Positions 28,111 through 41,608 of a stretch of 64,000 nucleotides of DNA are shown piece by piece (the stretch's first letter is position 1; the number at the start of each line of letters is the position of its first letter). A program made the translations under genes and the position numbers. Below the pieces are notes generated by a model. That model did not search any database and was not told the origin of the DNA. It saw only the letters and a list, made by a program, of their open reading frames with translations. The DNA is from Amphiscolops sp. MND2022. Lineage: Eukaryota. The stretch covers positions 76,076,001 to 76,140,000 of the forward strand of contig OZ076409.1 in NCBI GenBank assembly GCA_964187785.1, read 5' to 3'.

Positions 28111-28925
28111 TCCATGCCTCTGATGTTGTCACGGTTAGTATGTTGCCGTAACGTCTGGACTTTGTCGGGTTGTCTGTCTATGTCTGGCTGTTGTTCTCTA
28201 CTTCTGAAATTGGTTGACCCGGTGTGTTGTCCAAGTTCAGTCTTTTTACGGTGTTTCCTGTAATCATGGCAAATGGCGTTATTATATCTAACAATAGGAT
28301 TGGTTTTTGTTAATCTCTTTGATCTGCGCAATTTTTTTCTTCGGTTATTATTTCTGCTTCGATTTCGGTACTCGAGCTTAAGTTACTAGCTATTTCTAAA
28401 TCGATAATTCTGGGTTATCTTCCAGATTGGTTTTATGATTAAAGGGTACCTTACCGTTTTCGTCCTTTAATAAAAGTTCCTGGTCTGTGTTGCTAGTGTC
28501 TCGAATGGCTTGGTGGATCTCTGCATCCGTCATTTGGTCGGTGCATAGTGTGAGTGGGCCTAAACTGCCTTCTGATCTCTTTGCCGGTGTGTCTAGGGGA
28601 GAGCCTGGATCTGAGCGGTTTTCTTCGGTGATCTTCGGTCTGCCTCGGCCGAAGGAACCCGGTCTGATGGTTACGCTGTCCGAGTGTTCTGGTGTTCTGG
28701 GGCTTTCCATCTCCATTGGTGGCGCTTCTGGTTCGCTCTCTGAGTCGATGATTGCTGTCCGCCTCTGTTTCGATGGTGATTTTGTAAATCGGCCATCCGG
28801 TCCTCTCGGGCCGTTCCCTCTGTTGCTATGCTCCTGGTTAAAATCAGTATTGGGTTTACTAATGTTTTTTCTATGTAATGTTTTCCCGATCGGTGTTGTC
28901 ACCGTATGCTTAGTGCCCGATATGG

Positions 28926-31900
28926 CTAATTGTGGTTTATCGGAATATGCGCTTTCAAATTTTGACCGTTGGTGTTTTTTTCTAAAAATAAGAAAGGGTA
29001 GCTACTAACTCTCTCAGTGTTTTTCTTTGGCTTTATTGGCAGCTGGTCGGACACACCGCCGGTTCCATTGAATGAGTATACCTGCAAGGTATCTGGTTTT
29101 GCTAAAACGGAACCTTTTGTTAGTTTTTCTACCGTGTCGAGTCTTAGTAGGTTACTGATTTCCGTATTCCGTTTTCTACCGTAGTGTAATTCGAAAGCGG
29201 ATTTTTTCAGTCTCGTGAGCGGGGTTTTTCTCATTACGTCTAGCGAAATGTCTAGGGCTTTTCCGAATCGTTCTTCCGCTTTTATGTTGGTTAGGTTTTC
29301 TTTTAATGTTCTGACTCCCCGTTCTACTAGACCGGTCGGGGTATGTATGTACGGTGTCCCGTATATTAATTTAATGTAATGTCTTCTGCAGTATTTTCTA
29401 AAGAGTCGTCCGGTAAATGCCGTGGCCTTGTCTGTTCTGATTGTTTTCGGTACACCGTTTAGGTTGATGTACTGTTCTAAAAATTTCACCGCAGTTTCCC
29501 CGTCCGTTGACGTGCAGAAGCAAGCCGCCGGCCATTTACTGAACCGGTCCATCGACAATAATATGTAAAAGCGACGGTTGTTTTCTGTGATTGGACCGAT
29601 AAAGTCCAATTCAATTTCTTAGTTTGGACTATTTAATGGAGGGAGATTATTTTTTCCGTGTATGGTATGTTAGGTTTAATACTCTTACCGGACATTTTGC
29701 AGGGAATACAGGTCTCGCATTTCTTCTGTATTGCGTCTGTCATTTTTGGCCACCAGAAATGTCTTGCGGCGAGAGACATCTTATTGATGGCGGGATGTCC
29801 TTTGTGTAGCAGATTGATGATTGTTGTTCGGAGTTTCTTCGGGACGATTATTTTGTCTTCGATGAAAACCAGACCGAACCGGCTTGACAATTTCTTTTTG
29901 TGTGGCTGATATTCTTCCGGTATGAAATCATGTTGCTGTCGTTCGAGACATACTAATGTTTTCACTAAGTTGAGGTCGTTTGTTGTCTCGGTCATTAGTA
30001 GTTGTAGGTCGGTTGAGAAATTTTTCTCCGTTTCTCTTACCGCCTGCTCTAAGTCCCAGTTTTTGTTTTCTTCCGAGACTATCTTCGGCGCATGGCCCAT
30101 TTTTACGTATTGTACGCTCTTTACACCGACGTATCGTGCCCAGTTTATCGCCGGTACCTCCAAAACCGAAGGATCTTGATCCGTTTCGGAATCAATCTCT
30201 CCTTCTTCCATTGGGATCGGTGTATTCCGTTCCTGTCTTGTGGAGGATGAGGACGTGCCTGGCTGTTTCTGTTGAGACGGTTGTGCTGGTGTGGGCCGGT
30301 CCAGGTCCCAGAATGGACCCATGGTCCATTGTTCCGCCCGTCTCGTCTGTGGCTGGAAGCCTCCTCTTTGTTGTGGGCCGATGCGCTGTCTCAAATCTGG
30401 TTGTTGTCGACCGTCTATGATCTGTTGCAGCCTCTCCTCAATCACTTTTCTTTCACTGCGAAGAAACTTCGGTTCGTGGTATTTCTTCCACTTTCCTCCG
30501 GTCATTCGGCAAATACCGGGTTTCAGTATTTCCCTCCATCTTCGAATAAGATCAGTTGTTTCTTGTGAAGAATCAATTGTTTCTAAATGGTCAATTGTTC
30601 GGGCATCCATTTTGGATTGTGAATTGTTCAAGTTTTGAATGATACATGTATCTGCTGTAAGTTTATGGCAATCAATGGCGGTTTGTTCACGCGCGTCACT
30701 TGACCGTGGTTTGTTGTTTGTTTTGTGTTCGCTTTCGTCCATTCCGTTTTGTGATTGGTCGACGTGGTTGCTAAGGCAACCGTATTTGGATATGAATTTG
30801 TAATGCGGCACGATGTTATTGATGACGTATTCTTCATCGTACGCTTCGTCTGCTTGTGGCGGCGCTGTCGGATTTCTAGTTAGATAATCCGTGAGTGCTA
30901 AGTGCTTACCGGCTATATGGTTGACGTTTATCGTGAAGTGTGCTAATCGGTCCAACCATCTTGTTAGCCGGGCGCTATATGTTTTGTTCGATGTATTCCG
31001 TTTTATCAACGATTCTAGCGCTTGATGGTCCGTTAATAATTTTATCGTTTTTCCGTAAATATAGAGTCGAAAATGTTCTAAACCCCAAACTACGGCCAAC
31101 AATTCTAGCTCGTTGATTGCGTATTTTTTTCGGTATCTGACAAATAGCGGCTAGCGAAACCAATTGGTTTTAAATTTCCGTCAGGTTGTTCTTGCCATAA
31201 AGTTGCTCTGAGGCCTTTAGTGCTGGTGCGGTCGTTATAATGTTTGGATAGTATGAATTATAGTGTGCCAAACACGGTATTTCCGTGATTTTTTGTTTGA
31301 GATTTTCGAATGTTTTGGTGTGTTCGTCTGTCCAGATCCATTCGTTATCTTTTTTCAGCAGTTGTCTCAATCCGTCTGTTTGTGCGGATAAATAGTATAT
31401 GTATTTGGACATGTATTGGATGGCTCCCAGAAATGACTTTAGCTCTTTTTCGTTTTTTTGGCTGTTTTAGTTCTTTAATGGCCATCAATTTGTCTTGTAA
31501 CGGTCAGATACCGTTTTGGTCAATTCTGTGTCCGATCCATTCAATTTCCATTTTGAAGACTTCGGATTTGCTTTCACTCAGTCTATATCCGGCGTTTTCA
31601 AGTCTGGATAATACGTCAATGAGTTCTTTTTTATGTTCTTTTGAACCTTTCGTCACTACAATGATGTCGTCCAGCCATGCTTGATGTTTATTCTCCAGTG
31701 TTTGGTCTATTTTCTCCTGGAATATGGTCAGTATGTCCGCTAACCCGTAAAACCCTTTCAGGAAACGGTAGTAACCGGTGAAGTTCTCGCCGGTTATGGC
31801 AAATATGCATAGGTTCCGGGCTTCCCTGTATAACAGTAACTGTCCGTACGCATAGTCCAGGTCGAATTTTGAAATCCAAATTTCATCTGCCGGTCCGTCC

Positions 31901-32586
31901 GCGATTTTTCTCGAGATTCTTGAGATCAGTTCTTCCATATTAAACATTCGTGCCTTTCTTTTTACTGTGATTTCATTTAGTTTTCTCGAATCTAAAGCGA
32001 TCTTTACCGACTTCTCTTTCTTGATTGTGATGACCGCCGGGCTCACAAAGCAGTTTTCGTCTATATCTTTCGCTTTTTCGATGTGGCCTTGTTTCTTTAG
32101 TTTCTCTACTTCCTTTCCAACCGATTGTTGTAAGTGAATCGGTATGGGCCTCCCTTTCTGTTGGATTAATTTCGCGCCTTCCTTCAATTGTATTTCGACT
32201 TCCAGTCCATTTACCGTGTGGTTTTCATTGAATAATTTCCTGAACTGTTTCTTGAGCATCTTTACGTCTGGATCTTCTCTGATGCTGTTTATTTGTGTGT
32301 CGGTATTGCTTTTTTCTAGTGTTATTCCCAGTTTTTTCATCCAGTCCAGTCCCAGCAATGGATTCGTTTTCTTCGTTGTTACTAGTATTTCCAGATGTTT
32401 TTGTTTTCCGTTTATATTTACCAGCGCTGTTGTTTTTCCTTCAAATTTTATCCGGTTGTCATTTACGTCTCTGTATTCCGTTTCCAGCGGATGTAACGGT
32501 GTTATATTATTGATTCGTGATTTCGGTATTAGCGTCACCGGTGAACCGCTGTCTATAATGAATTTTATTGGTCGATTGTTGACCAA
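28926..32586 (-). pseudogene. pol: Gypsy pol (protease, RT, RNase H, integrase), frameshifted
   Basis: IIDSGS protease; RT motifs KFDLDYAYGQ and WLDDII; RNase H motifs LAVVWGLEHFRLY and LTDH; integrase HHCC (HKGH...CETCIPC) and DDE (DFIGP, TDKAT, VER). Split over several ORFs. Confidence 0.93.
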
Positions 32587-32655
32587 TGCGGATAGTGTGA
32601 AGAACTCCGGACCATTGCTGTTCGGTGATCGCGTTGAATGGATCTTTTGGTTTAT

Positions 32656-33652
32656 TTAATGGATCGTGTCTGGAGACCATTCGTCATCTTCCGCACTACT
32701 TGTTGCTTCGTCTTGTATATGGTATATCTTTCTGTTGGATCGGCAGCATTTCGCGAAGTGGCCCGGTTTTCCGCATTTTGCGCATTTCTTTCCTCTGGCT
32801 GGGCATTCGTGTTGTCTTGACCAGTTTGGGGCGCCACATCTGTTACAGTCGGCTTTTTTGAACTTTGCTGGTTTATCTCCCGTTTCTTTGTTTGGGTGTG
32901 TTTTTCTTTTATTTACGTATCGGATCTTCTTTTCTTCTTCTGTTTCTGGTGAGTCGTTCAATTTCTCGTACATTTACTCATGTAGTATATCGGTTATTGC
33001 TTCCACCGACATGTCACTTTTTTCTAATTTTTTTTCAAGTCGTTCGTAATCACCGGTAGATTTACCGATGAGTGATAAAAATTTTGATGCAAGGAGCTCC
33101 GCGGCGGTTATCGTCTCGAATTCGCAGTTCTTTTCTACTTCCAGGATTCGTTTCCATACGTCTGCCGCTGATTCTCCGTGTTCTCTTTTTAGGTCGAAGA
33201 AATCGGCTCTGCTGTGTTGTACGTTCCTCTCTGGTGTGAAATGTAAGCGAAACAGTGTATATAGTTTGTGTAACGGTAGTGAGCTTGGTTCTTTCTCTAA
33301 CCGTTTTCGTCATTTCCGTGATAGCGTTCTGTCCAATTGCCCATAGAAATATGTCTTTTATCTCTGTTTCTAATTGATCACGGTATTGTGGCAGTATCTC
33401 TTTGTTGTTTGTCATCGTCGATAGGTCGATGTCTTTCGTCATTTTTATATATTGATTAAATTTCCGCCACCACAGATTTGCATTGGTGTGATCTTGCTTT
33501 TCCAATGTCGGAATGGTAAGTTTTTGTGTGCAGGTCAGTTCCGCCGTCCTGTTCATTGTCTCATTGGTTAGCAGTTGTCCGCTTGCTTGCGATACCGCCG
33601 ACATCGATGTGTTTCCTCCATTCCTTGAGGTGTTCTCTGGTTCCCTGTCCAT
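32656..33652 (-). pseudogene. gag: Gypsy gag, frameshifted
   Basis: Two ORF pieces; C-terminal zinc knuckles CNRC..HEC and CAKCGKPGHFAKCC. Confidence 0.85.
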
Positions 33653-33704
33653 TTGTTTCTTTCTGTTTTATTGTTCGTGTTTCAAGTAACTTTTAGGTTA
33701 CTTG

Positions 33705-33716
33705 CTTACTGCGCCA
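33705..33716 (-). promoter_or_regulatory. Primer-binding site
   Basis: The minus strand reads TGGCGCAGTAAG just inside the 5' LTR. Confidence 0.75.
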
Positions 33717-33726
33717 TGTTGTATCC

Positions 33727-33936
33727 TGTAATCTCAGGATGAAAAGATTCAGTTTCGTAAAGTTCAACTGTTTTGTATCACGACTTTTTGTATCACTGAA
33801 GTTTAGTTTCATCTGCACTTAAGTGGCAGGTACTGGTAGTATACAAACAACTAATATAGGTATGGAGTATAAATACATCAAAGGCTAGACTAATTAATAT
33901 CTACAGTCTATAAGTTTCTGTCTAGCATACTCCACA
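33727..33936 (-). repeat. 5' LTR (210 bp, TG...CA)
   Basis: Begins tgtaatctcagg and ends catactccaca, followed by the TSD ATCTC. Confidence 0.88.
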
Positions 33937-34623
33937 ATCTCTTTCACTATATCCCCCCTACAGCAAAAAAGGGGGACATAGTGAAACGCTATTAAATACA
34001 TGTATTTCACTTTCTAATAGCGCAGATCTGCTCTTATCTAACAACGCTTCTGATTGGCTGAGTGGGAATTTTGATAATAACAAGTAATAAAAAGTGTCGT
34101 TAGTTATGACGAGATCAATTGATTGACAGAATAGCATGTGAGATTAGCCAATAGGAGATGAATATAAAAGAGCCAAAAACATTCTTTCTCTCTAGGGGGG
34201 ACATAGTGTGACGAGTGATATAAGGGGGGGTACATAGTGAAAGAGATCCGAAATCGTATCTCACAAATCAGCTCCTCTTGAATCAACGTCGAATTATTAG
34301 AATAGAAAAATCGCCTATAACTTCCAGTTTTGAATTACGAATTTTACAGGACACTGTGGCAATGGTATAAATTAAAAAAATTTATTAAAAAAATTCATTT
34401 CTTTGATCCTATATAAAATCAAGTCTCAATTCGATCCTAGATATATTTGCACAATTTTCGATCCTACATAATAGGACTCTGCATAGCACTCCCAAATACC
34501 GATATGGGAGATTTTGTGGAACGAAATTATTGCTTGCTGCAGTTTCCGGCTGAGAATATTGAGAAATGAGGCAAAATTGGCTAGAACTGGTTCACTTGAA
34601 AGTTTCTGATTAGGCTCAATTTG

Positions 34624-35151
34624 AACAAGACGGGAACGTCTAAATTCGGCGCCATATCTAAGGCTCAAAAAGCTCAAACTTTTTGAAATTGTAAAAGGGG
34701 GAACCCTTTGAGTTTTCAGAAAAAAAAGAGAAAAATCGAAAAATAAGAATTTTGAGCCAGTCTCATAGTGCCGAAAAACTTGAAAGGGGAGACCCTTTGG
34801 GCTTTTTGAAACTTCAATTTGCTGTAAAATATCAAAAAACTTGAAGAGGGGACCCTTTGGAGACAAAAAATTTTCGAAAAAGTCGCACAGTGCCGAAAAA
34901 AACTCAAACCCTTTAGTCTCGTCCTGTTTTGTCTTACGATAAAAATGGAGTAACTGAAAGGGGGGACCCTTTGCACTATCCTAAATGCGCTCCCCGTTTG
35001 CCTTTGCCGGTCCAGTAGTTTAGTAATGTATTTAGTAGTTGGTAGTTGAACGTTAATTTTAACGTTCGTCGCTTCGAGTCTGTCTTAAAGAAAAAAAAAC
35101 GAGTGACTGTAATAGTCGGGCTCTTTTATTTATAAAAGCACCGACTAAAAA
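34624..35151 (-). mobile_element. DINE-1/HINE-like element
   Basis: One end is aacaagacgggaacgtct (stem-loop) plus tcggcgcc; the other is tagtcgg..gcaccgactaaaaa. Multiple aggggggaccctttg repeats inside. Confidence 0.68.
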
Positions 35152-37751
35152 TAAAATTGAATAGAGCTATTGAGGAATTTTTGATTTCGTTAAATAGTGA
35201 CATTTGTGCATTTCCGACCAAATATTCCTCGAAAAAGAAGCCAAATAGTAGAAACCAACACCGTTAAATCAATCTAAAAAATAGAAAACTTTTTATTATC
35301 AATGAACGTTTTCGACACAATGTGTCATTATCAGATCTTAAAATATTCTAAAACAATCATTAAAATCAATCATTAAAATCATTCAAAACAATCTAAAAAT
35401 GTTATTTTTTGAGTGGGGTCACAAGCTAAAATTTTAATGGGAAAATACTGATAAAATTAAAAATATTGGACACAAGGTTTTATTGCCACTTTTGGACCAT
35501 CAATCCTGGACAACAAAAACGAAACGCGAAAATCGGCCACTCAAATGATTTTAGCAAATTATCGTCTGGGAAAACCTTGGTTGAAAGCCAGATAGTACAT
35601 AATCTTCCAAAACAAAAACAAAATTTTACAACAGGAGTTTTGTTTGGCATTTTGACCTTGAAGACTGGGCGATATCTAGTACTCAAAACCGAAAACAATA
35701 ATTTACTGGGCCTTAAATATTTTTCTGCTGTCGTAGTAGCAGTGATGTACATTGTTAAATTTTTACATAATTAAATTAACCATTCAGAGGTTAAAAACTC
35801 ATTTCAACGTTGGTTAAACCATTGAAAATTTTCAACCATTCGTTGAATTACCTTGTTCCCACAAACACCAATTAAAACCACTTCCAGGTTACTTGAGGGT
35901 AAAGAATATCGTTCAATTATCTATTTTTGTATCAATTTTGGCTTTGAGGGGTGAGGTCACTTTCGGTGAAAAGACATTTTCAACAAAAACTTTTGACTAA
36001 AGTATTGGATAAATCTAAGCGCCATTGCGTCACTACGTCCAATTATTATTTTCGGCTCTTTTTCCTTTTCCCCACACTTTTTAAAGAAAACAAACTCAGC
36101 ATAAAAGATTATATTTGACTATATCATTCAATATTTCTTCAAATAAATCTTTTCCTTTGTTTTGTTGTCTCCACACTGTTAGAGTAGTTTTCCGCTTGAA
36201 CAAAACATTGTTCACACAATTTGACTAATTATGTTCGTATTGAGTGTTTATTGATGACTCAAAACAGGAAGCTGTTGATTTCTTCATCAAAAATGCGTAA
36301 CTACATAGGGAAAAAGTGTGAACAAAGTTCGTATCTGAATCCTAAACTATCACCTTGAGAATAAATTTAAAACTGAACTGTTTCATTGGAAACGCAATTG
36401 AGATATAATTAATTGCAAAAACATCATCTGGAAAAGTGTGGGGGGAAAAGGAAAAAGTTCCTTATTTTCCGCCCACATAAATGGCGGAGGAAAATGATGA
36501 TCTGTGATGCGTTTTTTTCACAAATTCTGACAAAACTCAACTTTCTCTCCATTCCATGGAGTGAAATGAACGTCACTTACTTAGTTACAACTGAGTTACA
36601 TCAATTATGGTTGCTCAGTCAGGTTGGAGGTCTTGGGTTCGAACCCAGGCAGGTGCTTGAAAATTTTTTCCCATCCAGTTGGTCGTGGGTTCGAACCTCT
36701 CCTTCGCCATACTTTTTTTGCAATAAGCGTGTCGCGGAAAATATCCCGGTGCTTAGAGGGCGTCTTGTTGTTAAATTATTTTTTCAACCATTTTGTTAAG
36801 CCAAGTTTGATCAAATTTTGTTACTTTTCTTCCGTTTATTTAACCATTTAATTAAACCAAACAATTGGTTTAACAAATGTTAAACCAGTTGTTGAATATG
36901 TCCATACTGCGATTTTTTGGGCTTCGAAAATCTTCATAGTATCTTACGTGTTTTTTTGTTAGTGAAGGGTTTTTTTACTTTTTGGACGCACGATTCCGGC
37001 TTTAAAAAAGTTTTCAAGAAAATCTCCTCTCAGAGGGGTCGTTGGAACTAGAGAGAATGAATTTTACTATTGTCTGTTTATAGGCAGATTTTTGACACCG
37101 CTAATTTGCGATTCAGCGAATTAGCGGCGGCGCAGGAATTTTTAGCAATTTCATTCGCGCTTAATTTTAGCGGTAGCCAATAGAACGTCCATATTCAAAA
37201 TTACCTCAGAGTACACACTTAGTTTGAAAACGATTTCCAAAAAAATCAACTCTTACTTTTGCTTTTGTAAAACCCACACACACACAGTATAAAAATTTCC
37301 AGTAGTTTTTCTTACAAAAACTAAATCAAGTTACCATTTATTTCAAAACATACATTCAATAGTTTGAAGTAAAAGTTTTTCAGTGAAAGAGCGATTTCGA
37401 AATTAGCGGTTAGCGAAAAAAAATTAGCGATGTCAAAACACCGTTCATGAGCAATGCATGTAATTTCGATTAAGGAAACCCTACGTGCAGATATTTTATA
37501 CTTGTTTGACTCACATTTCTAGTTTCAGAAAAAGTTTTCATTAAAAACTTTTGTTACGGGGGGGGGATGGTTTCTACTACAATGGTTTTCCGAAATTCTA
37601 AGAAACTTTTATTTCTGATGTTTTTCAAAACTTCCATCTGATTTCGACAAAATCGAGCCTAAAATCGCCCGAGGGACGTTTTCTCAATCACAGTACTGTA
37701 TTCCCCTGAGGTGTTAGTAGTGATGACATGACGATTGTGTTGATTGATCAG

Positions 37752-37964
37752 GTGATTTTGGCGGAGAATCTGGACAGATGGACTTCGCTGCTTCTGATTG
37801 GCGGAGACGGACTGGTGTTCGAGGTGATCAACGCGCTGATGGGCAGAAACGACTGGCGCAAGACCATCCAGAAGCCGATCGGCATCATCCCCGCCGGCAG
37901 TGGCAACGGACTGGCAGCCAGCATCCTGCACGAGAAACACGAACTCACCGACACACATCTCCAG
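37752..37964 (+). CDS. Sphingosine kinase-like gene, exon B (ATP-binding GGDG motif)
   Basis: Encodes LIGGDGLVFEVINALMGRNDW...PIGIIPAGSGNGLAASI. Its phase-0 acceptor is in frame with exon A. The 3' end is inferred at CAG|GC. Confidence 0.88.
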
Positions 37965-38045
37965 GCATCCACACACAGCCAGAGTTTTGCCAAAATTAAA
38001 CAAGAAACGTTATATCCGGTATACGTTATACCGGAATTCGTTATA

Positions 38046-38220
38046 CAGTCAACTCCGGTTAGTTCGTATCCGGATAATTCGGATCTTCGTCTAATTCGTA
38101 TAAATTTGAGACCCCCCATTTCGTGACGATCAAAGTAATATCATTCGGTTAATTTGTATTTCTCACTATTTGTACTATTTTATTCGGTCCCTAGCGATAC
38201 GAATTAGGCGGATCCCACTG
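38046..38220. mobile_element. Tc1/mariner-type MITE inserted in a (gttatatccgg)n repeat
   Basis: ta|CAGT...ACTG|ta with ~25-bp imperfect TIRs. Confidence 0.6.
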
Positions 38221-39858
38221 TATCAGGTTTGCGTTAAATCCAAAATGTGTTGTTGTGTCGTTATACGAGTTGTGTCGTTATATCCGGTATACGTTATATC
38301 TGGAATTTGTTAAATCCGCTTTGCGTTAAATCGGGTTTGCGCCGAAAAAAATCCAAAGGGGAACACTTTTGTAACATTGAAAAATTCTCTAAGAAACGTT
38401 ATATCCGGAATTCGTTATATCCGGTTTGCGGTGAATCCAGTATGGGTTGTGTCGTTGTATCCGGTATGTTATATCCGGAAATTGTTAAATCCGATTTGCG
38501 TCAAAAAAATCCAAAGAGGGGGACCCTTTTGTAACATTGAAAAGTCTCCAAAAACCGTTATATCCGGTAGACGTTATATCCGGTTAGCGTTAATTCCGGT
38601 ATGGGTTGTGTTATTGTCGAAGGGGACACCTTTACTGTTCAAAGGTATTATGAGGATTGCCAAAAGGGACATTGCCAAAACTGAAGGGTAGAACTTTTAG
38701 TGGCAGTATTTTGGAAAGTTCTGGTGCATCGAACAAAAACTGACGAAAAGCGATGACTATAGCCGACTCTTTTCTTGAGAAAGCGCCGACTAAAAAGTAG
38801 AAGACTCTAGTACTAAAAAAGTACTAAAAACTTACGTTAACCAAGCTAATGATAGACTAGAAATCTCATAGTGCCGAAAAACCCAAAAAGACCCAAATTC
38901 TCAAAACGCTTTTTCCAAGCCAAAAACTTTTTAAAAAGTGAAGGTGTAAAAGGGGTACCATTTTACCGAAAGAAAACTGTTTCGAAAAAAGTCGCGTAGT
39001 GCCAAAAATAGCCGTAGGTCTTTTGCACAATTATTAAAAAAAACTCTCATCAGTCCCACAGGACTAAAAAATAATCAGAGGTTACCCTTAAAACTGGGAA
39101 AACCCTCTTGTTCAACCGAAAGCCTCTGAAAAAAAATCGAGAAACTTTGTTTTTCAAAAATTTTTCGATAAATGTCTCCGGTAAGTCGCATAATGCCCGC
39201 CCCTAAGGAGTCCTCTATGCTCGCAAAACGTTTCGTTCCTAATAAAAAGTGAGAGGGAATTTCGATAAAAACAATTTGGAAAAAAGTCGCATAAAAAAAC
39301 GCCGGTCCTAAAAAACAAAATTCGGACGGAAAAAACATAACTTTAAGAGGAAAAACAAAAATACGTTTTAAAGGTGTAAAACCAATTAAAAAGTTTTTTT
39401 TTTTAAGTTTTATTCGTTCAAAGCATGGAGACAAAAAGCCAGTTTCGAATCTTTTTCATTCCCGAGTAAGATCAGAATGAACAAAACCCATGGTGAGAAA
39501 ACCTGAGTTTGAAACTGAGAAAACCTAATTTTAAGACGAACGAAAAGAAATCATTTTGAAAAATCTCACAATGCCTAATATTACAAAAAGGGGTCTCTTT
39601 GGACTTTTTGAAAATCCATTTCATTGACTATCTAATAAAAAAATTAAAGGGGGTCAATTTGGAGACACTAAAAAATTTTCAAGAAAAAGGTATCACAAAG
39701 CCAAAAAAAATTGAAAAAGCAATCTTGCAAAAGCACGAAAAAGTTGCTAGCGGAAGCAGAGACTTGAACCCGCGACCGCTGGGTTCCCACGAAACCGATT
39801 AACCTATATGCACCAAAAAGTGGTACATACAGGGTGAGCTCTATGGTCCGACGAGAAA

Positions 39859-40358
39859 AACAAGAAGGAAAAGTCTAAAGTCGGCGCTATATCTAAGGCT
39901 CAAAAAGAGCAAGTTTTTAAAATTGTAAAAGGGGGACCCTTTGGGCATTTTGAAAATCCCATTTGTTGCAAAATATCAAAAAATTGATGGGGGGACCTTT
40001 GGAGACAGAAAAAACTTTCGAAAAACGAAAAATGAGAATTTTGTTTTGAATCAGTCTCATAGTGCCGAAGTACTTAAGAGGGGAGACCCTTTGGGCTTTG
40101 GGACCCTCTGAAGGCAAAAAAAATCAAAAAAGTCGCACAGTGCCGACAAAAATTGAAAGAGGGAACTCTTCAGTCTCGTCCGCTTTCGCAAATGATCGAA
40201 AAAGTTTCTGGCTAAAGCAAGGACCCGTGACCGCTGGGTTCCCCGTAAACCAATTAAAGTCTGTTCTAAAAATGGTACATACACGATGAGGTCTGACGAA
40301 AAAAAACTAGCCACTGTAGTAGTCGGGCAATTTTCTCAAGAAAAGCGCCGACTAAAAA
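39859..40358 (-). mobile_element. DINE-1/HINE-like element
   Basis: aacaag...gtcggcgctatatctaaggctc at one end, tagtcgg...gcgccgactaaaaa at the other. Confidence 0.62.
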
Positions 40359-40532
40359 TAAAGAAACTGCGGTACAAAAATTCTACATTGCAAGAAGATG
40401 GTCGTAACATGAAAGAAAAGAAGGAAGTTGAGTGAAAATAACGAATAATTAGTAGCCAGTAACATTTTTGGGTGATGACGTAACAGAATATGGGTGTCAA
40501 GTGAAGTTGTGTGTGGATGGGGGTGCCGTCAG

Positions 40533-40696
40533 GTGAACGCCATGTTCCGGTTCTTGAAGGGCCAGCCCAGACCCCTGGACATCACCCACGTGCGGGTGGG
40601 CCAACGGGAGTACTATTCGTTCCTCAGCATCTCGTGGGGGGTGCTGGCAGACATAGACATCAACTCCGAGATTCTTCGCTTCCTGGGAGAAACCAG
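40533..40696 (+). CDS. Sphingosine kinase-like gene, exon C
   Basis: Encodes PLDITHV...YSFLSISWGVLADIDINSEILRFLGETR (sphingosine kinase region C4), with a cag acceptor and AG|gt donor. Confidence 0.9.
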
Positions 40697-41408
40697 GTTG
40701 ACATGTAATAACCAGACAATCTATTGTCATATACAACTGAGTTCCTCTTATATCGCGTAATCTTATAATCAAAGGTTTCGCATATATAATTATGTATATT
40801 AATCAGGAATGGATTAAAATCCAATTTTTTTTCAAAAAAATCAATCAAATCCGATTTTTTAAAATTTATGGTTGATTTTTTTATTTTAATGATTTTTTTT
40901 TCTGGGAAAACAATATTGATTAAAAAGATGAATTAATTTCATTTCAAAGCTCTTCAAACTTTGATTTATTCAAAACTTCGAAGCAGAATAAACGTTTGGC
41001 AGCTTTTTCGGTTCTTCTTTCACCCAAACATCGGCAGATTTTCGACCGGGAGCCATGCCTACCTGAAAAAAAATTTTTAAAAATCAATTTTCTGATTTTA
41101 CTTTTCAAAAGATCATGATTTAAATCATGATTTCAATCAATGATATAAATCAACGATATAAATCAACCATTCCTGATATTAATTATGTATAATATGAATA
41201 CATGTATACTATCTTACGTATATTATGTTATATTTAATTGTTAGAATGCATTTCATATTAAATTCAACACAAAATTTCAATAATTTTGGAAAACTTCTTT
41301 AGTCCGTTATGGGAAATTCGACGCAAAATGGCAGAAAAGCGACTCTCCGTATAACTCGTATAACAATGGCCTCTTTGTGTAACTTGTAATTCGTATGATA
41401 AATTGTGG

Positions 41409-41608
41409 NNNNNNNNNNNNNNNNNNNNNNNNNNNNNNNNNNNNNNNNNNNNNNNNNNNNNNNNNNNNNNNNNNNNNNNNNNNNNNNNNNNNNNNNNNNN
41501 NNNNNNNNNNNNNNNNNNNNNNNNNNNNNNNNNNNNNNNNNNNNNNNNNNNNNNNNNNNNNNNNNNNNNNNNNNNNNNNNNNNNNNNNNNNNNNNNNNNN
41601 NNNNNNNN
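41409..41608. other. Assembly gap
   Basis: Exactly 200 N. Confidence 1.

Larger units (their letters stand above)
27849..33936 (-). mobile_element. Ty3/Gypsy LTR retrotransposon, decayed
   Basis: Domain order gag-PR-RT-RH-IN on the minus strand. 5' LTR 33727-33936, 3' LTR remnant 27849-27917, 5-bp TSD ATCTC (27844-27848 and 33937-33941), PBS TGGCGCAGTAAG. Confidence 0.95.
27842..34249. mobile_element. ~315-bp MITE with an 8-bp TSD, split by the Gypsy insertion
   Basis: The left TIR is reconstructed as GGATCTC (27842-27848) + TTTCACTATATCCCCCC (33942 onward). The right TIR is GGGGGGTACATAGTGAAAGAGATCC, ending at 34249. GAAATCGT flanks both ends (27834-27841 and 34250-34257). Confidence 0.85.
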
